From positions 1-32,000 of the forward strand of contig CANGHH010000017.1 in the NCBI GenBank assembly GCA_947453725.1: a DNA stretch of 32,000 nt, given 5' to 3'. The notes under the pieces were generated by a model. The model made no database searches. It saw nothing but the letters and a program-made list of their open reading frames with translations, and was not told the origin of the DNA. The DNA comes from Betaproteobacteria bacterium (GTDB lineage Bacteria > Pseudomonadota > Gammaproteobacteria > Burkholderiales > Burkholderiaceae_C). A program made the position numbers and the translations under genes. The stretch's first letter is position 1, and the number at the start of each line of letters is the position of its first letter. Below, in pieces: positions 1-5,818 of the stretch.

Positions 1-14
1 CGGTCACGAACTGG

Positions 15-245
15 TCAATGAGTTCCTTCGGGATCGACGGCATCGCCGCCGCTGCGGCCATCGCCGCCTTCGTCGTCTTCCTGCTGATAGGCATACATGC
101 TCCTGTTGGTCATGCTATGCCTCGCACACAAAATTCCGGACAGGCTCGGACCCGCCCGACATAGCCTCAGCTCTGCATTGGCGCGCGGTCCACTTGCAGC
201 CTTCGCGCTATCCAAGTCGACCACCTCCCAGCCGAAGGTGACCAT
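15..245 (-). CDS. Hypothetical small protein (76 aa), doubtful
   Basis: ORF from the track. Its ATG (243-245) overlaps the TGA (245-247) of the upstream 69-aa ORF as ATGA, which suggests translational coupling. No domain was recognised. A competing + frame is open from the window edge to TAG 162-164, has a hydrophobic segment (AAAAAIAAFVVFLLIG) and good GC3, and covers the same DNA. Confidence 0.3.
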   Translation of the reverse strand: MVTFGWEVVDLDSAKAASGPRANAELRLCRAGPSLSGILCARHSMTNRSMYAYQQEDDEGGDGRSGGDAVDPEGTH

Positions 246-454
246 CAGTGGTACGGCTTGATCATCGAGGTCATGCCGGCCTTCTTGATCTGCGCCAGCT
301 TTGCCCTCGACTGCTGCATGTGAAGCTGTTCTGCTCCTGTTTCCGCCTGCGCCGTCAGTTGCTTTGCACGGTCCTTCGCCGTCTTCGCGTTGTCCTTCAA
401 CCGCTTCACGCGCGCCTCGGCTGCGCTGCTTGGTTCAATCTCGTCTAGTCTCAT
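245..454 (-). CDS. Hypothetical small Lys/Ala/Gln-rich helical protein (69 aa)
   Basis: ORF from the track. A strong Shine-Dalgarno GGAGGGGGGA (reverse complement of 461-470) lies 6 nt upstream of the ATG at 454. No family was recognised. Confidence 0.6.
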   Translation of the reverse strand: MRLDEIEPSSAAEARVKRLKDNAKTAKDRAKQLTAQAETGAEQLHMQQSRAKLAQIKKAGMTSMIKPYH

Positions 455-503
455 AGTTGCTCCCCCCTCCGCTGTATTTATGCGTCAACAGGTAGCAGGC
501 GAG

Positions 504-531
504 TTGGCCACGCGATACAACCCGGTAGGAT
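504..531 (+). promoter_or_regulatory. Candidate sigma70-type promoter for the nuclease gene (TTGGCC, 16 nt, TAGGAT)
   Basis: TTGGCC lies at 504-509 and TAGGAT at 526-531, with a 16-nt spacer. The -10 element ends only 8 nt before the ATG at 540, so the transcript would be nearly leaderless. This is a pattern match only. Confidence 0.25.
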
Positions 532-539
532 GATCCCCG

Positions 540-1490
540 ATGACCGCCCCACGACGAGACGGCGGCAGCAAGGGATTAGACCGCGTGCCCTCAAACATCA
601 CCAACACCGCCCCAAAGCTTCCCCGCCGCTGGACCGCAACAGAGTTGCAAGCCGCACGCGATATCGCCGAGCGGAACTACATAGCCAGCCAAGGCCCCGC
701 AGGAGTGCGCGACGCTTTCGCGGTCCTGTATGCGCAAGTGGAAGCCGAAGTCGAGGCGGTACTACAGCGCACAAGCAACCTGCTCGCACTAAGCGCGGAA
801 ACATTCGAGGCAGACAGAACACTTTGGCAGGTGCTGCGCTTCTTCCCTGGCCCGCCTCTCAGCGAAGAGAACCTCTGGACCCACGTTGGCCGCAAGTTCA
901 AGGCAGCTGTACCTGCCGGTGTCGAAGGCAAGCTGGCAGCCGTACTTCTTGCGGGATTGGACAAGGTTCGGTTTCCTTGGATCACAACCGGCGTTGAGCC
1001 TAGTGCCGACCAACGCCGAATCGCTTTAGTGGCCACTTCGATGCTGTTGGCGCAAGCACGCTTCAATACCGACAATCGCGGCCAAGCGGCGCAGGGCCAA
1101 GAAGGCGCTGTGCATCAGGCGCTGATCGCAGCCGGATTCAAACACGACGCAACGGCAAAGTCGGTGCAGAACTTACAGCCGGGCACGTTTTGCCGCGAGA
1201 AGACAATTTACAACAAGAAATGCGACGTCCCCGTTCGCCTTCTCGACGGGCGACTGCTAACGCTGGAATGCAAGGTCAGCAACACACCTAAGAACTCCTG
1301 GAAGCGCCTGAACCAGGAGACTGTTGGCAAGTCGAATACTTGGAGGGAACACCTTCACGATCAGGTGGTCACTGGCTGCGTGATTTCAGGTGTCTTCGAC
1401 AAGGCTTCACTTGTCCAGGCCCAAGATCAAGGGGCTTGGATATTCTGGCAACACGACCTTAGTGAGCTAGAGGCTTTCGTCCGCGACTAG
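540..1490 (+). CDS. Putative Type II restriction endonuclease (PD-(D/E)XK type; family not assigned)
   Basis: 316-aa ORF, convergent with the C5-methyltransferase gene and overlapping it by 24 bp (1467-1490). The C-terminal third carries a nuclease-type motif, D229-x13-E243-C-K245 (KKCDVPVRLLDGRLLTLECKVSN), followed by TPKNSWKR. The function is inferred from this motif plus the gene pairing, not from a database search. Confidence 0.55.
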   Translation: MTAPRRDGGSKGLDRVPSNITNTAPKLPRRWTATELQAARDIAERNYIASQGPAGVRDAFAVLYAQVEAEVEAVLQRTSNLLALSAETFEADRTLWQVLRFFPGPPLSEENLWTHVGRKFKAAVPAGVEGKLAAVLLAGLDKVRFPWITTGVEPSADQRRIALVATSMLLAQARFNTDNRGQAAQGQEGAVHQALIAAGFKHDATAKSVQNLQPGTFCREKTIYNKKCDVPVRLLDGRLLTLECKVSNTPKNSWKRLNQETVGKSNTWREHLHDQVVTGCVISGVFDKASLVQAQDQGAWIFWQHDLSELEAFVRD

Positions 1491-2744
1491 ATCAACGGGC
1501 ACCGATCCGGCAACGCGCTTCTTTGCCGCCTTCGCTGCGGCCCTGTGTTCACCATTGACCTCAGCCTCGGCAACGGTATAGCGAAGGCGACGGTGAAAGC
1601 TCGCCGGCCACTCAGCCGACTCTGCTTTGCCTCTCTTCGCTTGGCGCGCAGCGGTGCCCAGTGCAATCCCGATCGCATAGGCGATCTGCCCTTGAACTGC
1701 GTTCCCGATCTGCCGGAACTTTGAAGAAGCGTTTCCTTGGAAGTGCCACGCACCCGGAAACCCCTGGAGTCCAGCGCACTCACTCCATGTCAGGCGTCGC
1801 ATCGATCCATCCGCAAGCCGGACGAAGTCAGGCGTGCTTGCAGCACGAATCGTCCGTGATGGCAGAGACAGGTCAGCCAGAAACGAGTCTTGTCGATAGC
1901 CCCAGTGCCCGCCAGGTCGGTTAGCTTCGACTATTCCCCCAGCCTTCAAGCCTGTACCTGGTCGAAGTTCGGCCATTTCAGCAGCCCGTCGAGACGACGG
2001 CCGAACTACGTCGGACGGATCAGGGTCCGCGCACGAGGCCAGAAAGTCGCCCAAGGAGAACCATGGCTTGATTTCATCGAACAATGAAGCCGATGCAGCC
2101 TTGCTATGCGTCGGATGCGGGAACTCAGGCAATCGCTCGTTGGCAGCAGCAATCATGAACAACCGCACACGACGCTGCGGGGCGCCATAGTCAGCAGCAT
2201 TGAGTAGTGCAAACCGACAGAAGTAGCCGATCTCCTCGAAAGACGACTGCACGAGTTCAAGTACGCCGCCCGGTTGCCCGTCCAAGCCCTTAGCGGTGAC
2301 AAGGCCAGCCACGTTCTCGAACAAGATGAATCGAGGCTTCAACTCGGCGGCAAGCCGAACGAACTCAAGGAACAGTTGCCCTCTGGGGTCATGCAATCCA
2401 CGTTGGTGACCAGCCGAACTGAACGGCTGACAAGGCGGTCCACCGGCAAGTAGATCCGGACGCCACCGCATGCTGGCACCTTCAGGACGAAGATCAGCAG
2501 CACGGATCGCCGCGACATCAGCATGCAGCAGGCGGGCTTCCTGCAGGTACGTTCTCCCCGATCCCGCTATCGAAATCCGCGCAGCCTTGCTAGCCTCCAG
2601 CGTCCGGACGCAGTCGGCATCGAAGTCCACAGCAGACACCGTGTCCCAGCCCGCGCGCTCTAGCCCGGAGCTAAGGCCACCGGCCCCACAGAACAGGTCG
2701 ATGACACTAAGTTGCGAGGAAGTGGATTGATCGGATGTGGGCAT
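1467..2744 (-). CDS. DNA (cytosine-5)-methyltransferase (Dcm-type, 425 aa)
   Basis: The canonical C5-MTase motifs are readable: I DLFCGAGGLSSG; IV GGPPCQPFSSAG (catalytic Cys); VI FILFENVAGL; VIII QRRVRLFMIA; X RQIGNAVQGQIAYAIG. Confidence 0.95.
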   Translation of the reverse strand: MPTSDQSTSSQLSVIDLFCGAGGLSSGLERAGWDTVSAVDFDADCVRTLEASKAARISIAGSGRTYLQEARLLHADVAAIRAADLRPEGASMRWRPDLLAGGPPCQPFSSAGHQRGLHDPRGQLFLEFVRLAAELKPRFILFENVAGLVTAKGLDGQPGGVLELVQSSFEEIGYFCRFALLNAADYGAPQRRVRLFMIAAANERLPEFPHPTHSKAASASLFDEIKPWFSLGDFLASCADPDPSDVVRPSSRRAAEMAELRPGTGLKAGGIVEANRPGGHWGYRQDSFLADLSLPSRTIRAASTPDFVRLADGSMRRLTWSECAGLQGFPGAWHFQGNASSKFRQIGNAVQGQIAYAIGIALGTAARQAKRGKAESAEWPASFHRRLRYTVAEAEVNGEHRAAAKAAKKRVAGSVPVDLVADESL

Positions 2745-2815
2745 AGGGGAACGGGAAGGCGCATCAACTCATCGAGGGATGAGCGGAAGCCCCAAGTTTA
2801 CGACTCGACGTCCGA

Positions 2816-2980
2816 TCAGCGCGTCTGCTGAGGGACGCTGATCACGTTCCCACGACCGTACTGAGCTTCAAGCTGCTGACGTGCAGCGATGGGGTTGCTG
2901 GCCTGAATCTGCGCCCACACAACCATCGTGCCGCTGCCGCTGGCGCTCTTGACGCGAACCGAAGCCCGGTAGGTGTTCAT
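2816..2980 (-). CDS. Hypothetical small protein (54 aa), below the ORF-track cutoff
   Basis: Read by eye on the minus strand, from ATG (reverse complement of 2978-2980) to TGA (reverse complement of 2816-2818). Translation: MNTYRASVRVKSASGSGTMVVWAQIQASNPIAARQQLEAQYGRGNVISVPQQTR. A GGGGA Shine-Dalgarno lies 6 nt upstream. The ORF starts 11 nt after the stop of the 147-aa ORF and ends 71 nt upstream of the methyltransferase start. Confidence 0.5.
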   Translation of the reverse strand: MNTYRASVRVKSASGSGTMVVWAQIQASNPIAARQQLEAQYGRGNVISVPQQTR

Positions 2981-2991
2981 GCCGCATCCCC

Positions 2992-3435
2992 TCACTTCTT
3001 CTTGGCAAAGCCAGCGCGCAGCGCACCGCTGGCCTGCTCGATCTGCGCGTCCAGCTCACCGGCCTGCACCGCTTCCTTGACAGTCTCCAGCACGGCGACC
3101 AACTCACCCATGCCGCTGACCTCGATTGCGTTTTTCTTCGGAGCGATTTCAATCGGCTTCGATCCGTAGCGCAATGCCAGCATCACCTTGCCGTTCGCAG
3201 CAGTCCACCACCACTGCTTGACGCGGGTTGCAATCTCGACCTGCCTGCGCTCGCCAGATTCGGAGTCTTGAACGAATTTCACACGCTTGGCCGCGTAGAT
3301 GCCGCCGCTGGTCTGCGCTTTGGCAAAGGCAATCTGGTCCGCGATTTTTCCAGTCAGCCGGTTGCGGCGTTCGGTGATTGGGGACTTACGTTCGGCTTGT
3401 GCGCTCACAAGCTTCAGCTTCGACAGTGCGGTCAT
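2992..3435 (-). CDS. Hypothetical protein (147 aa); first gene of the operon that ends with the methyltransferase
   Basis: ORF from the track. GGAG lies 7 nt upstream of the ATG. The protein is basic and helical with a WWW motif (VKQWWWTAANGK). From memory it resembles a conserved family of unknown function found in proteobacterial genomic islands. This was not verified. Confidence 0.75.
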   Translation of the reverse strand: MTALSKLKLVSAQAERKSPITERRNRLTGKIADQIAFAKAQTSGGIYAAKRVKFVQDSESGERRQVEIATRVKQWWWTAANGKVMLALRYGSKPIEIAPKKNAIEVSGMGELVAVLETVKEAVQAGELDAQIEQASGALRAGFAKKK

Positions 3436-3440
3436 TTCAG

Positions 3441-3466
3441 TGCTCCATGTTGAACGTCATGGAGCA
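3441..3466. promoter_or_regulatory. Perfect 9-bp inverted repeat (TGCTCCATG, 8 nt, CATGGAGCA) covering the Shine-Dalgarno of the 147-aa gene
   Basis: Positions 3441-3449 pair perfectly with 3458-3466. On the minus-strand mRNA the 3' arm contains the GGAG Shine-Dalgarno (reverse complement of 3443-3446), 7 nt before the ATG at 3435. It lies in the divergent spacer between the 147-aa gene and the HUH gene. Confidence 0.5.
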
Positions 3467-3545
3467 AGTGTGTAGTCGGCCCAGCAGGCCTGTCTACCGA
3501 ACCTTGTTTCACCCCGAAAACCAATGAAAAGGCATAACTAATGAT

Positions 3546-4100
3546 ATGCAGGTACCGTCATCTAATTCACCATCACGTCAACCGAAGCGCTTGATCACCG
3601 ATGTTGCCGACTGGCTTCACCGAATGACCCCGAGCGAGAACGACTGCAGCGCCCGATATGCCGTGACGCTCACGTTCGATGTCAACCGAATGCACCATCG
3701 GTCTTGGTCGGGGCTACTCACGAATGCCGAAGCCGTGGCCTTTGCGAAGAGGGACTTCGCGACGTTCCGCATGCAGCTTGACCGTGCGATTCTCAACAAT
3801 GCCGCGAAGAGACACGGGCGTGAGCTTTCCTACGTGCCAGTCATTGAAGGCCAGGGCAAAGGCGAGCGAATCCACTACCACTGCGTCATCGTCACCCCGG
3901 CCCGCATCGGCCTGCTTGAGATGACCAAAGCAGTCAAGCAGGCATGGAGACGAACCTACTTTGGCAACCAACAAGTCGATGTGCAGCCTATGCGCGATGA
4001 CGGTTGGTTGGGCTACATCGCCAAAAAGGCCTGGACACTGCGACAAGATGCCGTCGATTTCGACAACGTGCGTCTCGGCGAGTGCCCAAAGCGTTGCTGA
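3546..4100 (+). CDS. Minimal HUH-superfamily Rep-like endonuclease (184 aa; possibly YagK/YfjJ 'inovirus Gp2'-like)
   Basis: Three rolling-circle Rep motifs occur in the correct order: I YAVTLTFD (aa 38-45); II IHYHCVIV (His-hydrophobic-His, aa 109-116); III GYIAKK (Tyr157-x-x-Lys, aa 156-161). The family name is a recollection, not a search result. Confidence 0.55.
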   Translation: MQVPSSNSPSRQPKRLITDVADWLHRMTPSENDCSARYAVTLTFDVNRMHHRSWSGLLTNAEAVAFAKRDFATFRMQLDRAILNNAAKRHGRELSYVPVIEGQGKGERIHYHCVIVTPARIGLLEMTKAVKQAWRRTYFGNQQVDVQPMRDDGWLGYIAKKAWTLRQDAVDFDNVRLGECPKRC

Positions 4101-4189
4101 GCAAGGCTCCTTCGCTGGCCGTGAAAAGCCGATTGGCTTTAATGCCGTAGGCATGGCGAAAATTTCAGTCCTACCAAGATGCAAGTCCT

Positions 4190-4248
4190 GAACAGGCAGA
4201 ACAGGGAGACAGGACAGCAACGACAGGGACAAGGGCAAGGGCAAGGCA
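4190..4248 (+). repeat. Iteron-like direct repeats: four copies of GA(A)CAGG, then three AAGGGC/AAGGCA hexamers
   Basis: ACAGG cores lie at 4192, 4201, 4209 and 4223. The tandem hexamers AAGGGC AAGGGC AAGGCA lie at 4231-4248. The repeats sit about 90 bp downstream of the HUH gene stop, in a non-coding spacer. Confidence 0.6.
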
Positions 4249-4265
4249 CCCTACGACCCAGCAGA

Positions 4266-4340
4266 ACGCCCTACAGCACGCTTTCTGTACGCTGTGAATG
4301 CTTGGGTAGCTGGCAGCAAGGGCAAGCGTCTGTAGGGCGT
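4266..4340. other. Long imperfect inverted repeat / hairpin (17-bp stem with one bulge, 40-nt loop)
   Basis: ACGCCCTACAG(C)ACGCTT at 4266-4283 pairs with AAGCGTCTGTAGGGCGT at 4324-4340. That gives 11 bp, a bulged C4277, then 6 bp, all Watson-Crick. The loop is 4284-4323. Confidence 0.7.
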
Positions 4341-4395
4341 GGACGCAGCGACCAGAGCGTGAGACGGGCGCATGCAAACGACGCTGAAGCGCAGA

Positions 4396-4434
4396 GCCGA
4401 AACCAAGTGAAATACGCAGAAGCTTTGGTTCGGC
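4396..4434. other. Second hairpin (10-bp stem with one bulge, 18-nt loop)
   Basis: GCCGAA(A)CCAA at 4396-4406 pairs with TTGGTTCGGC at 4425-4434. No U-tract follows, so it is not a classical terminator. Confidence 0.5.
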
Positions 4435-4551
4435 GGCTATCTCGTTGACGCCCATAGCGATTCACTCGACAGCCAATTCCGGTTGTCCGACTGAACCAAA
4501 GACAGCACACTCGTTCACGAGCAAGTGTTTGATTTCAAGGAGAGACAGGAC

Positions 4552-5124
4552 ATGGCCCAAGCAAAGACGCTGACCGAGCGCGAACTGAAGAAGGTGCTCG
4601 ACTACATTGCGGTGCACAGGCACGCGGCGCGCAATCGCGCCATGGTGATGCTGACCTACTACGCAGGGCTGCGCGTGAGCGAAGTGGCCGCGCTCAAGTA
4701 CACCGACGTAGTCGCCGAAGATTGCACGATTCGTGGCGAATTTCAGCTGGCACCGGAGCAGACGAAGGGCGGGCATGCACGCACGGTGTTCGTCTGCGAA
4801 AAGCTGCGCAAGGAGCTCGGCGCGTACGTGAAGACGCTCAAGCGACGCGACAACGAGCAGTTGCCCCTGTTCCGAACCCAAAAGCGCGACCACTTCAGCG
4901 GCAACACGCTGTGCCAGCACTTCCTGTGGCTGTACCGGCGCGCAGGCCTTGAAGGGGCCAGCAGCCACAGCGGCCGACGCACGTTCATCACCAACCTTGC
5001 CAGCAAGGGCGTCAGCGTTCGCGTGCTGGCATCACTGGCCGGTCATCGCAGCATCGCGACTACCCAGGCCTACATCGATGTCAACGACGACATGAAGCGC
5101 AAGGCGGTCGAGTTGGTCTTCTGA
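4552..5124 (+). CDS. Short tyrosine recombinase with catalytic domain only (190 aa, FimB/FimE-sized)
   Basis: Catalytic signature: Arg in YAGLRVSE, His-x-x-Arg in SHSGRRTF, His in AGHRS, Tyr in TQAYIDV. The start is placed at ATG 4552, after AAGGAGAG (4537-4544), rather than at the track's GTG 4525. The protein is too short for an N-terminal core- or arm-binding domain. Confidence 0.85.
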   Translation: MAQAKTLTERELKKVLDYIAVHRHAARNRAMVMLTYYAGLRVSEVAALKYTDVVAEDCTIRGEFQLAPEQTKGGHARTVFVCEKLRKELGAYVKTLKRRDNEQLPLFRTQKRDHFSGNTLCQHFLWLYRRAGLEGASSHSGRRTFITNLASKGVSVRVLASLAGHRSIATTQAYIDVNDDMKRKAVELVF

Positions 5125-5149
5125 TAGACCTGCGCCCTGGCCCGCTTTG

Positions 5150-5806
5150 CTAGGGGCTCTTCTGAAGCCCTGGGAGGATGGTCTGGGCCTGCTTCTTGTC
5201 GAGCATCGCCTTTGTGGCGAGTTGGTCTTCGATTCGCTTGCAGGCGCCGCGTATCTGCCTTGTGAACTGTCGCAGAGTCTTGGCGTCGCCGAGCCGATCA
5301 ACATCGTCGATCAGGGCGTCCAAGGTCTCAAATGCTTCTTTGATCTCGTCCTCGGAGAGCGCGATCAGGTCGGCGTAGACCTTCTCTGCCTTCGCCTTCG
5401 CCTTCGCCGCAGCCGTCGGCCTTGACGTTGCACCAGTGGCCGGTACGCCTGCAACTGGCTGTGTGACAGCGATGGCCTGCGCTAGCGGTGCGCCAGCGGG
5501 CGCCGCCGTCACGGGCACTAAAGTGAGCGCGGTAGCTGCTGCCGCTGGACCGACGCGTTCGATTTCGAAGTCGCTGTTTACCCTCAGGCCGACCTTCTTC
5601 TGGCAGTTGTGGAACATGACTGAGAGGTAAGCAGGAGCCGCGTCAATCGACCGCGCAAACTCTTCCAGCACTGACTGTCGCCAGCTTCTTGTAGTGCTGT
5701 GTCTGCCTTCCTCGACCAGCCTCAGGTGCTTCTGGTAGATGGCTATGCCGAGCGCGGCATTCGACAGCTTCTTTGCTGGCTTGGAATTCTTGGTTGTCAT
5801 GCCCAA
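5150..5806 (-). CDS. Hypothetical protein (218 aa): N-terminal globular part, Ala/Pro/Thr-rich linker, C-terminal helical part
   Basis: ORF from the track. It begins 12 nt after the stop of the 387-aa ORF, which suggests an operon. No catalytic motif was recognised. Confidence 0.65.
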   Translation of the reverse strand: MGMTTKNSKPAKKLSNAALGIAIYQKHLRLVEEGRHSTTRSWRQSVLEEFARSIDAAPAYLSVMFHNCQKKVGLRVNSDFEIERVGPAAAATALTLVPVTAAPAGAPLAQAIAVTQPVAGVPATGATSRPTAAAKAKAKAEKVYADLIALSEDEIKEAFETLDALIDDVDRLGDAKTLRQFTRQIRGACKRIEDQLATKAMLDKKQAQTILPGLQKSP

Positions 5807-5818
5807 CCTGATGCGAAG

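Noticed and set aside
2-164. The + frame open from the window edge to TAG 162-164 (…MSSFGIDGIAAAAAIAAFVVFLLIGIHAPVGH…)
   Set aside because: It has good GC3 and a TM-like segment, so it may be the true C-terminus of a gene upstream of the window. It conflicts with the ATGA-coupled minus ORF 15-245, and I cannot decide between them from this fragment.
4124-4488. Possible fim-like switch boundaries: AAGCCGATTGGCT (about 4126-4138) versus the inverted AGCCAATTCCGGTT (4471-4484), flanking about 330 bp
   Set aside because: Only a 7-nt exact core (ATTGGCT) matches, plus a gapped flank. That is easily a chance match in 400 bp and is not enough to call an invertible element.
4171-4510. ORFs of 79-94 aa in the structured spacer (e.g. 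QQRQGQGQGQG)
   Set aside because: The translations are low-complexity products of the hexamer repeats. There are no ribosome-binding sites, and the ORFs overlap each other on both strands.
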